Below are positions 46,562 through 57,263 of a stretch of 64,000 nucleotides of DNA, one piece after another. The stretch comes from a virus. The stretch covers positions 127,096 through 191,095 of IMG/VR virus record IMGVR_UViG_3300027804_000039; one strand, written 5' to 3'. The position numbers and the translations under genes are program-made. The notes below the pieces were generated by a model, which made no database searches, was not told the origin of the DNA, and saw nothing but the letters and a program-made list of their open reading frames with translations. Position 1 is the first letter of the stretch, and each line of letters begins with the position of its first letter.

Positions 46562-48580
46562 TTATCCGTATGTTGCTACGCTGGCCAGCACTCTTGCAAT
46601 CGTTCCTGCGTTATACAATATTGATACTGTGACCACATCAGTTTTACTAGCCGAAGCTGAAGGAGCACTGCCGCCAATCCACCGTATGGTTTGCGCAGCC
46701 CCCGCAACTTGTACTGCCGACATCATAAATGCTGACGCACCCTGATCTAATACCAGTGTGCAGGTAACAGCCTTAGTATTTGGTGTTGAAGGAATATTAG
46801 TAAAATTAGCTGTAAAGGTTTGAGTAGGCGTGAAATAAAATACACTTGCTGCCGAAGTATCAAAGTTCATAGTTGAGCCAGTTGTTCCTATGACCATTGT
46901 TTCATTTTGTCCGGCAAATATAGCTGTTCCCGTAAATGTTGGGCTACTAAACATAGTAGCTTTACTTTCGTTAGTCACATTACCTAACCCAACCATAGTA
47001 GCAGTGATTCCGCTTACGGTTCCTGTGAATGTTGGGCTACTAAACATAGTAGCCTTGCTTTCATTATCTACATTACCTAATCCAACCATGGTAGCTGTCA
47101 CACCACTTACTGTACCAGTAAATGTTGGACTGGTAAACATAGTAGCTTTGCTTTCGTTGGTTACATTACCTAGTCCTACATCGGTTGCTGTAACAGTATC
47201 CCATGCAGGGGCGGCGCCGTTTGTGCCATCGCCGACTTGGCGTAAAAATTGTCTGGTAGTACTTGTGTTTGGAGATAACACTGAACTTACATCAACATCA
47301 CTTTGATAGTGTATAGTTCCCAACAATGTTGTGCTATTACCGCCTGTTAGATTAGTGCTTTTACCTGCACTTGTAGCTGTAGCAGCATTTCCATCAATAC
47401 TGGTAATACCAGTCAATGCTAAATTTCCGCTGGTTCTATTAATTGCTACCTGTGTAGTACCAATATAGAACGATTGATTGTTTAGTGCTAATGTACCAGC
47501 AGTAGCAGGTAACGTTGTCGATGTTCCATCGGTACCACTCAGTGTAATTGAATTATTAACTGTAAATGTTTTTCCGTTAGCAATAGTTAATGTGGCTGAA
47601 GTTGCTGGAGCAGTTATAGTTACTTTGTTAATGGTAGTTGCTGTTGCAACACCAAGTGTTGGTGTTGTAAAACTCGGACTGTTTAAAAGTGCATATCCGT
47701 CTATACTAGCGCCAGCAGGAATAGTAACTGTTCCAGTAAACGTTGGACTAGCTAGAGGTGCTTTTAATGCTAAATTAGATGTCACAGTTGATGCAAAGTT
47801 TGCATCGTCGCCTAGAGCCGCTGCTAGTTCGTCGAGCGTATCTAATGCTGCGCCAGCGCCGTTAATTAATCCGTTAACCGCAGTCGTTATAGCCGCAGTA
47901 ACATAAGCTGTACTGGCAGCAACAGTTGTATTACTTGCTGCCGCAGGTGTTGGAACACCTACTACACCAGTAAATATTGGACTACTAAACATAGTAGCCT
48001 TGCTTTCGTTAGTTACGTTACCTAATCCAACTTCTGATGCACTATATGTAGGTTTAGTTGGTTGTTTGGCCCAGGCATAAACGTCGCCTGCTGGTGCACT
48101 ACCTGACGTAACAGTACCTAATGTGGTAATATTTGCGCTTCCAGCCCATGTGCTAAGTGCAGTATTCTCAACCAAACTTAACCCAACCATGCCTTTGGTT
48201 ATGCCCGTCACTGTTCCTGTAAATGCAGGACTTGCTAATGGTGCAAAACCTGAAATACTAGCACCGCTTGGAATAGTTACAGTTCCTGTAAACGTAGGAC
48301 TGGTAAACATTGTAGACTTACTTTCGTTAGTTACGTTACCTAATCCAATCTGACTTGGAGTTATAGTAATATTGCCTGTGCCATCAAACGAATTGCCGTT
48401 AATTGTTCTTGCTGTTTGAAGTTTAGTTGCTGTGGCTGCGTTGCCTGCCAGCACGTGAGTAGTCACTGCTGCTATTGTAGTCTGTTTACTTGTTGACCCG
48501 CTACTGGTGTCTACAACTGCTAATAATGTTGTTCCATCAACAACTGTTAACGTAGGTAATTCAGATACTCTAATTGACAT
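46562..48580 (-). CDS. Tail fibre protein
   Basis: ARTINGNSFDGT, APLASPTFTG, LDTLDELAAALGDD; five NESK(A/S)TMF repeats. Confidence 0.85.
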   Translation of the reverse strand: MSIRVSELPTLTVVDGTTLLAVVDTSSGSTSKQTTIAAVTTHVLAGNAATATKLQTARTINGNSFDGTGNITITPSQIGLGNVTNESKSTMFTSPTFTGTVTIPSGASISGFAPLASPAFTGTVTGITKGMVGLSLVENTALSTWAGSANITTLGTVTSGSAPAGDVYAWAKQPTKPTYSASEVGLGNVTNESKATMFSSPIFTGVVGVPTPAAASNTTVAASTAYVTAAITTAVNGLINGAGAALDTLDELAAALGDDANFASTVTSNLALKAPLASPTFTGTVTIPAGASIDGYALLNSPSFTTPTLGVATATTINKVTITAPATSATLTIANGKTFTVNNSITLSGTDGTSTTLPATAGTLALNNQSFYIGTTQVAINRTSGNLALTGITSIDGNAATATSAGKSTNLTGGNSTTLLGTIHYQSDVDVSSVLSPNTSTTRQFLRQVGDGTNGAAPAWDTVTATDVGLGNVTNESKATMFTSPTFTGTVSGVTATMVGLGNVDNESKATMFSSPTFTGTVSGITATMVGLGNVTNESKATMFSSPTFTGTAIFAGQNETMVIGTTGSTMNFDTSAASVFYFTPTQTFTANFTNIPSTPNTKAVTCTLVLDQGASAFMMSAVQVAGAAQTIRWIGGSAPSASASKTDVVTVSILYNAGTIARVLASVATYG

Positions 48581-48583
48581 ATT

Positions 48584-49378
48584 TTATCCTATTACAAACG
48601 TTAATGGAGTTCCGCCAGGAACCATGTCATTAATTTCTTTTTCTAATTTTTCAATTTCTGTTGTACCTGCGGTTGTCAGTGCGGTACCGTTTAGTTGAAT
48701 ACCGCTACCTCCTGGACCCGCAATACTGGCAAATTTGCTACGAGCTTCGCCTAACATTAATTTGCAAACTGCAAGAGTATAATCGTATAGCCATTGTTTG
48801 GCATAGATATCTTGTAGTAACACAAAGTCAGGACGATAGTTGTGTGTGCGTAACAACACCTGTTCTCCTGCTGCAAAAGGACGTTGCAAAATTGTTAATA
48901 TATGGTTAGTTTGGCGCCATTTAAATTCGATGTATGCACCAAACATACGACCTACTAATTTTTGATAACCAGCAAATAATTCATATGTTGCTAGTCCGCC
49001 CATCATACTTCCGCTTAACAAGTAGCTGTTTGTGTACGCCAAGTTGAACGGCTCGAACAATGTTCCGCCTGCACCCAAACCGCTACGTGATCCTACTGCA
49101 CGTCTAAAAATACTTTGTACTTCAATAACTTCGTCTGGCAGTCGATATTCATTAACATCTTGCATTAGTTCAAGAAACATATAGCTTTCTTCAACAGCAT
49201 TACTACTACGCTGACGAAACTTTGTTAATGCACGATCTAATGCAGTTTCATAGTGCTTAGGGTCTAATTCTACTTCTACCATGCCGTCACCCAGCATATT
49301 ACGAACGTAATCAAACACCTTATTTCGCTCTATTGTGCTGTCGGAAAGCCCAGGATCTTGTGGGTAAATATCTGCCAT
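48584..49378 (-). CDS. gp13: Neck protein gp13-like
   Basis: VEVELDPKHY, KQWLYDYTLAVCK, GIQLNG. Confidence 0.85.
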   Translation of the reverse strand: MADIYPQDPGLSDSTIERNKVFDYVRNMLGDGMVEVELDPKHYETALDRALTKFRQRSSNAVEESYMFLELMQDVNEYRLPDEVIEVQSIFRRAVGSRSGLGAGGTLFEPFNLAYTNSYLLSGSMMGGLATYELFAGYQKLVGRMFGAYIEFKWRQTNHILTILQRPFAAGEQVLLRTHNYRPDFVLLQDIYAKQWLYDYTLAVCKLMLGEARSKFASIAGPGGSGIQLNGTALTTAGTTEIEKLEKEINDMVPGGTPLTFVIG

Positions 49379-49395
49379 TTTAAGTTCTCCTAGTA

Positions 49396-49415
49396 TATTT
49401 ATCTAGCGATAAATA
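49396..49415. promoter_or_regulatory. Divergent pair of TAAATA late promoters
   Basis: Minus-strand box 49396-49401 toward gp13; plus-strand box 49410-49415, 5 nt before the gp14 ATG. Confidence 0.7.
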
Positions 49416-49420
49416 TCATT

Positions 49421-50830
49421 ATGCCACGATTATCCTTATACAAGCCCGAACGCGGACAAGACTATAAATTTATGGATCGCCAGATTTCTGAGATGTTTCA
49501 GGTTGGCGGTACAGATGTCTATCTGCACAAATATTTAGGTCCTAAACTAAAGGACGAAGGTACAGCAGATCAGCCTGTTTACAGCGATGTAAAAGAAACT
49601 AACATTCAGGATTTGTTGTTCTTAGAAAATAGAGATAGAAAATACAGCGAAGAAATTTATAAAATTCGAGGTATTTATAATGTACAAAACATTGACTTTA
49701 ACCTAAGTCAATTTGGTTTGTTTATTGATAATGACATAGTTTTTATGACTGTGCATATTAATGATTTTATCAAATACGTAGGGCGCAAACCGTTAAGCGG
49801 AGATGTACTTGAGTTACCACACTTGCGTGATCAGTTTGCGTTAGATGACGGCGCAGAAATCGCCCTGCCAAGATATTATGTTATTGAAGATGTGGGCCGT
49901 GCCAGCGAAGGATTTAGTGCTACTTGGTACCCACATTTGTATAGATTACGTTGTAAGAAATTAATGGATGCTCAACAGTTTGCAGATATATTAGATAAAC
50001 CAGCAACCGATGCGTACGGCAATCCAAGCGACTCAACACTTAGAGATTTGTTGAGTATGCGTTCTAAAGAGTTAGAAATTAATGATGCTGTAGTTCAGCA
50101 GGCAGAAGCAGATGCTCCGTCTAGTGGTTATGAAACAAGGCAGTTTTATACTTTAGCTGTTGATCAAACTGGCAAGACGGTTCTTAATACTGCTGATACT
50201 TCAACGTTAGATGCAAGCGTTTCTAGTATTACTGCTCTTGAAAGCAATGCCCGTCCTGTAAGAACAGGCTACACAGGTTACCTAGTAGGCGACGGATTCC
50301 CTCAAAACGGTTATGATTTTGGACACGGTATTCAGTTTCCTAGTAACCCGGGACAAGATGACTTTTTCTTACGTACAGACTTCATGCCTAACAGATTATT
50401 CCGTTTTGACGGTTCACGCTGGATCAAAGTTGAAGATGCAGTTCGCATGAACATGACTAATAACGATAGTCGTCAAACACTCAAGACTGGATTTATTAAT
50501 AATTCTACCTATATCTATAATCAAGCTGTTGCGATTGATTGGATTAATTTAGATGCTGATGTTTATTCGTTTGACACAAACATTGATTATCCAACAACTG
50601 CGTTATATCTTGTATTAAAATTAGAAGCAACAGAAGTTGCATTTACAATAGCAGACCATACTGGAATTATTACCAATGTTGGCGGCAAAGTACATGTCAC
50701 ATTACCAACTATTGACGCTGAACAACAAGTTATTCCGTATTCAGGAACTTGGAAGTTGAGCCTATGCAATGCTAGAGAAGCACAACGACAGAGCCTAAGT
50801 AAAGCTCTTAGACCAAAGGCAGATTTATAA
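49421..50830 (+). CDS. gp14: Neck protein gp14-like with C-terminal extension
   Basis: DLLFLENRDRKY, FNLSQFGLF, GDVLELPH, WYPHLY. Confidence 0.8.
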   Translation: MPRLSLYKPERGQDYKFMDRQISEMFQVGGTDVYLHKYLGPKLKDEGTADQPVYSDVKETNIQDLLFLENRDRKYSEEIYKIRGIYNVQNIDFNLSQFGLFIDNDIVFMTVHINDFIKYVGRKPLSGDVLELPHLRDQFALDDGAEIALPRYYVIEDVGRASEGFSATWYPHLYRLRCKKLMDAQQFADILDKPATDAYGNPSDSTLRDLLSMRSKELEINDAVVQQAEADAPSSGYETRQFYTLAVDQTGKTVLNTADTSTLDASVSSITALESNARPVRTGYTGYLVGDGFPQNGYDFGHGIQFPSNPGQDDFFLRTDFMPNRLFRFDGSRWIKVEDAVRMNMTNNDSRQTLKTGFINNSTYIYNQAVAIDWINLDADVYSFDTNIDYPTTALYLVLKLEATEVAFTIADHTGIITNVGGKVHVTLPTIDAEQQVIPYSGTWKLSLCNAREAQRQSLSKALRPKADL

Positions 50831-52290
50831 TGCAATTTTTTTATGACGGACAAATTAGACGTTACTTGACACAAACTATTCGTGTATTGAGTAACTTTAC
50901 TGTTAGATACGGAGACGGAACACTAGTGCGTGTTCCTGTTATGTATGGAGATGCTGACAGACAAGCAGCAAGTATTGTTCGTCAAAACAGTGAAAATAAA
51001 ATTAGTAGCGTGCCTCGTATTGCCGTTCACATCTCTGGTTTAGACTTAGATACAAACAGATTAAGCGATTCAACATTTGTAGGCAAAGTACATGTAAGAG
51101 AGCGAGAAATAAACGACTCCGATCCTAATAATCCAGTATACACTACTGGCCAAGGACGCAACTATACCGTTGAACGATTAATGCCAACTCCATTTAAGTT
51201 GACAATGAAGTGTGACATATGGACTGCAAACACTGAACAAAAATTACAATTATTAGAACAAATTCTAGTATTATTCAATCCAAGTTTAGAATTGCAAACA
51301 ACAGACAACTATATTGATTGGACTAGCCTTTCAGTTTTAAATTTAACACAAACTTCTTGGTCTAGTAGAACAGTACCAGTTGGTACAGACAGTCCTATAG
51401 ATATTGCAACTTTGACTTTTGAGACTCCTATATGGATCAGTCCGCCTGCCAAGGTTAAACATCTTGGAGTTATCACTAAAATTATTACCAGCTTGTACGA
51501 AGGTGCAACAGTTAATTCTAATTCGTACATAGAAGGACTTGGACAACCGTTAGCCGGACCAGAAATAGTAATGGGTCAACTGCTAACTAGAGAAGCAATT
51601 ACCATTAAAGATTATAATATTCAAATCTACAACAACCAAGCAATTCTTCTCAACAAGAGTGAAAGTAGTATACCTAGAGAACCAACACTAGATATTCCTG
51701 TTAGACAAGGAACTCCAATTGAATGGCAAACATTATTTGACAAGTATCCTGGCAAGTATGTTGCTGGTTCAAGCAGCATGTACCTAACACAAACAAACGG
51801 AACTGAAGTTATTGGTACTGTAGCAATTAGCCCGTTAGACCCTACTATCCTGCAAGTTTCGTGGGATGCAGACACATTAAACACAAATACAGGCATAGAC
51901 AGTGACGGCAATTTAGACACCGATCCAGATTATGGAACAAATAATTTAAGAGTATCGAGTCCTGGTACATTTGACGCCATTATTAATCCACTAACTTACA
52001 ATCCAGCATCACCCACTTCAGGCACCAGGTATCTTATTATCGAAGATATTGGAAGTGCAAATAATACACAACCTGCAGCAACGTGGGGCAACTTGGTTGC
52101 AGTTGCTAATGATATCATAGAATTTGACGGAACTGATTGGTATGTTATATTTGATTCCGCTCAAGAATCAGACACCCTCATCTATCAAACTAATATATAC
52201 ACTGGAGTCCAGTACGTCTGGAATGGTGTTTATTGGGCTAAATCGTTTGAAGGCGAGTATAGAGCGGGTGAATGGAGACTAGAACTGTAA
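50830..52290 (+). CDS. gp15: Tail terminator / sheath stabiliser gp15-like
   Basis: FFYDGQIRRY, VPVMYG, PRIAV, LEQILVLFNP. Confidence 0.85.
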   Translation: MQFFYDGQIRRYLTQTIRVLSNFTVRYGDGTLVRVPVMYGDADRQAASIVRQNSENKISSVPRIAVHISGLDLDTNRLSDSTFVGKVHVREREINDSDPNNPVYTTGQGRNYTVERLMPTPFKLTMKCDIWTANTEQKLQLLEQILVLFNPSLELQTTDNYIDWTSLSVLNLTQTSWSSRTVPVGTDSPIDIATLTFETPIWISPPAKVKHLGVITKIITSLYEGATVNSNSYIEGLGQPLAGPEIVMGQLLTREAITIKDYNIQIYNNQAILLNKSESSIPREPTLDIPVRQGTPIEWQTLFDKYPGKYVAGSSSMYLTQTNGTEVIGTVAISPLDPTILQVSWDADTLNTNTGIDSDGNLDTDPDYGTNNLRVSSPGTFDAIINPLTYNPASPTSGTRYLIIEDIGSANNTQPAATWGNLVAVANDIIEFDGTDWYVIFDSAQESDTLIYQTNIYTGVQYVWNGVYWAKSFEGEYRAGEWRLEL

Positions 52291-52721
52291 CAGATAAAAT
52301 TGTGTGTAGCGGAGCATTGTTCTACGCTAAATCTACACGAAGGATTTTATTGTTACAAAAAGCTCACGGAAAGCATCAAGGAACTTGGGGTTTAGTTGGC
52401 GGTACAAATCTACAAAACGAAAACCCGTGGCAAGGTCTTCAACGTGAAGTCTTAGAAGAAATTGGTTCTGCTCCAAACATAATCAAAACTATTCCTTTAG
52501 AAACATTTGTTTCAAACGACAAAGTTTTTAATTTTCACACATATTTGTGCGTAGTAGCCGAAGAATTTTTACCCCAACTAAGCAGTGAACATTCTGCATG
52601 GGCATGGGCTAATATTGATTACGCACCAAAGCCCTTACATCAAGGACTAAGAAATAGTTTTTCTAACAAAGTTATTAGGACTAAACTTCAAACAATTTTT
52701 GACATCATGGAGTTAATTTAA
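52272..52721 (+). CDS. NUDIX hydrolase
   Basis: Nudix box GTNLQNENPWQGLQREVLEEIG. Confidence 0.9.
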   Translation: METRTVTDKIVCSGALFYAKSTRRILLLQKAHGKHQGTWGLVGGTNLQNENPWQGLQREVLEEIGSAPNIIKTIPLETFVSNDKVFNFHTYLCVVAEEFLPQLSSEHSAWAWANIDYAPKPLHQGLRNSFSNKVIRTKLQTIFDIMELI

Positions 52722-53302
52722 TGTATCCAATGATACCTGAACAGTCACCTAATGAGCCGTACGCATGGGCAACTAACATTTTTTCAGAAGACGAAATACG
52801 CCTTATCATAGATATTGGTAAAAGTTTGCCCATCGAAGACGGCGGAGTGAACAACACTGGTGTTGCAAAGTTAGAAACTAGAAGAAGCAAGATATCTTGG
52901 ATTAGGCCAGAAGTTAACACAGAATTTATATTTCAAAGAATATCTCATGCTGTTCAAAAAATTAATAAAGATTTTTATAATTATGAATTAACTGCAATGG
53001 AAGATATTCAGTTTAGTGAGTACGATGCAAGTTATCAAGGCATGTATAGAAATCATACAGATGACGGTTTTGAAGAATTTAGAAGAAAAATAAGTTTTAC
53101 TCTGCAATTATCTGATCCTAGCGATTACGAAGGCGGAGAGTTATTGATATATCGATTTAAATTAGACAATCCGTTTGAAGTTAAGAAAGAAAAGGGATTG
53201 ATTACGATATTTCCAAGTTGGACTATACACGAAGTAACCCCAGTCACACACGGAACAAGATATACATTAGTTGGATGGTGCCATGGACCGCAATTTAAGT
53301 GA
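52721..53302 (+). CDS. 2OG-Fe(II) oxygenase (PKHD/YbiX-like)
   Basis: HTD...RKISFT, YEGGEL, FPSWTIHEVTPV, RYTLVGW. Confidence 0.9.
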   Translation: MYPMIPEQSPNEPYAWATNIFSEDEIRLIIDIGKSLPIEDGGVNNTGVAKLETRRSKISWIRPEVNTEFIFQRISHAVQKINKDFYNYELTAMEDIQFSEYDASYQGMYRNHTDDGFEEFRRKISFTLQLSDPSDYEGGELLIYRFKLDNPFEVKKEKGLITIFPSWTIHEVTPVTHGTRYTLVGWCHGPQFK

Positions 53303-53861
53303 TATAAGATTTAGTACTTTGTGGCCGACGCACATCATGATGACCACTCCGTTCATTGATACTACGCCAATGATTAATGAAATTTACAAATTAGCTGCTG
53401 CGCCTAATACTATTAAAAAATCAAATTACGGTGGGTGGCAAAGCGATGTCGATTTGTACAACAACCCTGTATTTTCTCCGTTATGTGAGCATGTCAAAGA
53501 TGTTTGCTGTAGAGTATTTGATGTTAAAGGTGTAAAGTTTCATCAAATGTGGGCATGTATTAATAAAAAACATGATCAAAATTTAATACACTCACACAGT
53601 AACGCATTTAACTTGTCTGGTGTTTTTTACCTCCAAGTACCTAAAGAGTCCGGTGATATTGTATTTAGAGATCCTCGACCTGGTGCTATACACGCACCTG
53701 ATAGGATTTTTAATTACGGAGATAGCGAGTATTTTATACCGTTTGATAACTTAGTAATTATGTTTCCGTCGTATTTAGAACATTTTGTTTTACCTAATAA
53801 GAACAACGAAGATAGAATCTCTATGAGTTTTGATATAACATTGGACCGAGAATGTACTTAA
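53283..53861 (+). CDS. 2OG-Fe(II) oxygenase (TIGR02466-like)
   Basis: HSH...LSGVFY, FPSYLEHFV, RISMSF; start uncertain. Confidence 0.88.
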   Translation: MDRNLSDIRFSTLWPTHIMMTTPFIDTTPMINEIYKLAAAPNTIKKSNYGGWQSDVDLYNNPVFSPLCEHVKDVCCRVFDVKGVKFHQMWACINKKHDQNLIHSHSNAFNLSGVFYLQVPKESGDIVFRDPRPGAIHAPDRIFNYGDSEYFIPFDNLVIMFPSYLEHFVLPNKNNEDRISMSFDITLDRECT

Positions 53862-54496
53862 CTGATAAAGTTATTATTGTAGAAAACTTTTATAAAGATC
53901 CTGATATGATCAGGAATCTTGCTCTAAGGCAAGAGTTTTTACCAGAATCTCATTCAAAACGGGACGGCAATTGGCCTGGGCTTAGAACTAAATTTATTAA
54001 CGATATTAATCCAAGACTTTGTGAAGAGTTTAGAGACAGTCTTATGTCTAGTTTGTTAGAAGGCGTTAATACCGAATACAGTTGTTATTTTGAAACAAAT
54101 TTTCAACTTTGTTACGAGTCCCACGGAGACTCATGGATACATTATGACTTCAACCCTAAAGGTTGGGAAATAACACACGTTGGTGTTGTATATTTGAACC
54201 CTAATCCTCCGCCCAATTCCGGAACATTGATATACGACTTTAACAAAGAGTACGAAGAAGAATTTAAGGATTACTCAGAAAAACATAATCATGTGTGGAG
54301 AAAACTTAATAGAGATCAAGATAGTGAACAGTTTAACAAATGGTGGTCTTTGAATTTATCTGTTGAAAACAAGTATAACCGCGCAGTATTATACTCGCCG
54401 TCTGTGTGGCACAAGTCAAACAAATATTTTGGCAATGATAAAGAAACCGGAAGACTAATTCAACCATTTTTTTGTAATATACAGTATAAGCAATGA
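53852..54496 (+). CDS. 2OG-Fe(II) oxygenase (DUF6445-like)
   Basis: WIHYD, VVYLNP...SGT, NKYNRAVLY...WH, RLIQPFF. Confidence 0.8.
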   Translation: MYLTDKVIIVENFYKDPDMIRNLALRQEFLPESHSKRDGNWPGLRTKFINDINPRLCEEFRDSLMSSLLEGVNTEYSCYFETNFQLCYESHGDSWIHYDFNPKGWEITHVGVVYLNPNPPPNSGTLIYDFNKEYEEEFKDYSEKHNHVWRKLNRDQDSEQFNKWWSLNLSVENKYNRAVLYSPSVWHKSNKYFGNDKETGRLIQPFFCNIQYKQ

Positions 54497-55131
54497 AAAA
54501 AATAGCGTTATTTGGAGATAGTTTTTCAGACCCTACATGGGCTAACAATGACAAGTATCTTGCGTGGCCTGAACTTTTAGAAAATGATTTTTCTGTTACA
54601 AACTTTTCTTTAAGTGGTACAGGCATGTGGTGGTCCTATAAACAATGGAGAGAACAACACAATAATTACGACTATTGCATTTTTGTTGTAACTATACCTG
54701 GTAGAATTCATGTTGAATCTTTAGACAGACATTTAAATTTTAATCCAACAACTTGGCCAAGGTGGTTTGGTATAAATTTTGGAGAGTTATGGTTTAAACA
54801 TTTTTATTCCGAAGAAAGAGAAAATGCATTTCATAATTTCATGCTGGAAGATATCTTAAAATACAATGATACGTTATTGGTTCCTGCATTTAATGAAAGT
54901 ATGCCAGGAATAAAATCAATTTCTCTATGTCACTTAGCGGATTTAGAAATGTATGGTTACGGACTAACACATGCTGGTAATAATGAAAAACGTAAATGTC
55001 ATTTAACTAAAGAAAACAATCTAGTTGTGTATGAAAGAATTTTAAATAATCTTGGTAAAGAGCGAGTCTTAAAATTAGTTGAAGACGATTTTAAACAACC
55101 TATCGAACCAATGAGTTATTATTGGTATTAA
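54493..55131 (+). CDS. SGNH/GDSL hydrolase-like protein
   Basis: FGDSF nucleophile block, NFSLSG block, C-terminal CHL. Confidence 0.6.
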   Translation: MKKIALFGDSFSDPTWANNDKYLAWPELLENDFSVTNFSLSGTGMWWSYKQWREQHNNYDYCIFVVTIPGRIHVESLDRHLNFNPTTWPRWFGINFGELWFKHFYSEERENAFHNFMLEDILKYNDTLLVPAFNESMPGIKSISLCHLADLEMYGYGLTHAGNNEKRKCHLTKENNLVVYERILNNLGKERVLKLVEDDFKQPIEPMSYYWY

Positions 55132-55132
55132 C

Positions 55133-55708
55133 ATGAAGAATTTTTTAATTGTTAGAAATTTTTTAAATAAAGATACTTGTCTTTCAATGGCAGACAAGTT
55201 GGACTCTTTACATAAACAAGGTTTGTCTTTACCACCAGATAATCAGTGCATACGTAGTCCAGCATTCTACGGAGTGTTTAACGACGAGTCTTTGACATTT
55301 TTGCCTAAAATTGAAAATTTAATTTGTAAAGAACTTTTTCCTACATATACATATTCTAGGATTTACCAGTACGGAGAAATTTTATTACCGCACACAGATA
55401 GAGAGTCTTGTGAAATTAGTTTTACATTAACATTAAAATATGATAGAGAAATTTGGCCATTTTATATAGAATCAAACGGTGATGCACACGAAGTATCTCT
55501 CGATATAGGAGATATACTAATTTATAAAGGTATGATTGACTCACATTGGAGATTACCATTAAAAAGTAATTTTCAGTACCAAGCATTTTTTCATTATGTT
55601 GATAAAACTGGACCTTATACCAATCACAAATACGACAAACGACACAACTTTGCGTCAACACAAGAATCTCTCGATGAATTAAAAAGGAAAAGAAATGTAT
55701 TACAATGA
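55133..55708 (+). CDS. 2OG-Fe(II) oxygenase
   Basis: PHTDRESCEISFT, GDILIYKG...HWR, QAFFHY. Confidence 0.85.
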   Translation: MKNFLIVRNFLNKDTCLSMADKLDSLHKQGLSLPPDNQCIRSPAFYGVFNDESLTFLPKIENLICKELFPTYTYSRIYQYGEILLPHTDRESCEISFTLTLKYDREIWPFYIESNGDAHEVSLDIGDILIYKGMIDSHWRLPLKSNFQYQAFFHYVDKTGPYTNHKYDKRHNFASTQESLDELKRKRNVLQ

Positions 55709-56294
55709 AGAATTTAAATATTTGGTGGTTAATGTGCCATCTGTAGCTAAAAATTTAGAGAATATTAAAAGAATTACACAGATTGGTGTTGATAAATTTA
55801 AAAGAAAATTTACACAAACTAATCATCATGTAAAAAACGACAATATTACTTGGCAGTTTATGAATTACAATGTTTACGGTTTATGTTCATGTAATGAGTG
55901 GTTTTACGATTTGTATGTTGAGCAGATTAAAACTATTAAAGAATATTTTCAACTAACAAATACACCTGTTCCTCGACAATTATGGTTACAATCGTGGATT
56001 AACAGCCATACTCCTAAACAAGTATTAAAATCTCACAATCACGACTGGCCGTGGCATGGATATATCAGTATTGACCCAAAAAATACATATACTGTATTCA
56101 CCGACAAACCCAACGGCAAAGAATTGTACAGAGTCAAAAACGAGCCGGGAAATATATACATTGGACCAGGACATAGATTCCATCATGTAGAAATTGTAGA
56201 ACCTTTTGAAGGCGAAAGAATAACATTTGGATTTGATTTAGAATGTACAGATAGGATAATGGATAATATTGGTTTTGTGCCAGTTATAATTTAA
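55695..56294 (+). CDS. 2OG-Fe(II) oxygenase-like protein
   Basis: WINSH...HNH...HGYISI, HHV, RITFGFD. Confidence 0.75.
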   Translation: MYYNEEFKYLVVNVPSVAKNLENIKRITQIGVDKFKRKFTQTNHHVKNDNITWQFMNYNVYGLCSCNEWFYDLYVEQIKTIKEYFQLTNTPVPRQLWLQSWINSHTPKQVLKSHNHDWPWHGYISIDPKNTYTVFTDKPNGKELYRVKNEPGNIYIGPGHRFHHVEIVEPFEGERITFGFDLECTDRIMDNIGFVPVII

Positions 56295-56338
56295 ACTGCG
56301 AAAAAACAAGTTAAATACTACCTTAAACGGAGCAAGCA

Positions 56339-56965
56339 ATGGACAGAAAATTAGAAATTTATCACATAGAAAACGCCGCGTCGCAAGATGTTTTTTCAAA
56401 TCTAGGGTCAGATTTAGATAAAGATATTTGGAGATACGGGGTTGCTGAACAAACGTATGCTTGGGATATTGAAGATCCTAAGCCAAAATGGTGGTGCGAC
56501 TTAATTAAAAATAGGTGGCACGAAACATTAATGACTGACATAGTTGATCGTTTAGAAGCAATTGACCCAAATGTTAAGAATTATGTTTTTAAGTTGATTA
56601 ACTGTCAAGGCGGTGGTAGAACACACGGGTTGGACGGAAGCATACATGTAGATCACGACTTTCAATTTACTGAAGAAGGTTACGGATACATGACATTCTG
56701 CTATTTTCCACACAAAGAGTGGGATGCCGAGTGGGGTGGTGAAATTCAATTCTTTAACGAAAAAGGCGAAATTGTTGCCGCATATCATCCTATGCCAAAT
56801 ACTGCCGTTGTATTTGACAGTAATATTCCACATCGCGGTTTGGCTCCAACTAGCAACTGTCCTGTCTTAAGAAAATTTGTTACTTTAAAACTACAAGTAG
56901 ATAAGGCATGGGGTGTTAATACTGTTAATTTCTCAGAAATAAAAAAATTAGACAACAATGACTAA
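56339..56965 (+). CDS. 2OG-Fe(II) oxygenase (prolyl-hydroxylase-like)
   Basis: IHVD, EWGGE, VFDSNIPHRG, R; TAAATA and GGAG upstream. Confidence 0.85.
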   Translation: MDRKLEIYHIENAASQDVFSNLGSDLDKDIWRYGVAEQTYAWDIEDPKPKWWCDLIKNRWHETLMTDIVDRLEAIDPNVKNYVFKLINCQGGGRTHGLDGSIHVDHDFQFTEEGYGYMTFCYFPHKEWDAEWGGEIQFFNEKGEIVAAYHPMPNTAVVFDSNIPHRGLAPTSNCPVLRKFVTLKLQVDKAWGVNTVNFSEIKKLDNND

Positions 56966-57260
56966 AATAACCTTAGTTCCTTTTAGCAATCAGATAGTAA
57001 AAAAAGATGAGTTGCCTGCGGTTGACGGTGCAAAAGTTCCCCGCACAATCAGGCCTTTGAAAAAAGCGCCAGTAAAGCCACTTAACGAAAGAATTTTGCT
57101 AGTTGATGCATCAACTGGTGAAGAACGTATGCGTATATGCAAGGCATGCGAGTCCTTTAATGACTGGGCATGTAAAATTTCAAATAATTTTTTACCCAAA
57201 ACTACTCGCCTCAAAGGCATGCAATGTCCAAAGGGTTATTGGTCATCTAAGTGGGATTAA
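56958..57260 (+). CDS. Small Cys-containing protein (DUF6171-like)
   Basis: RMRICKAC...C...CPKGYW. Confidence 0.6.
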   Translation: MTKITLVPFSNQIVKKDELPAVDGAKVPRTIRPLKKAPVKPLNERILLVDASTGEERMRICKACESFNDWACKISNNFLPKTTRLKGMQCPKGYWSSKWD

Positions 57261-57263
57261 TTT

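Noticed and set aside
14496-48353. Plus-strand Val/Pro-rich ORFs opposite the fibre and sheath genes (14733..15110, 15252..15701, 42811..43260, 46890..47306, 47478..47906)
   Set aside because: Antisense translation of Thr/Gly repeats; no independent signals
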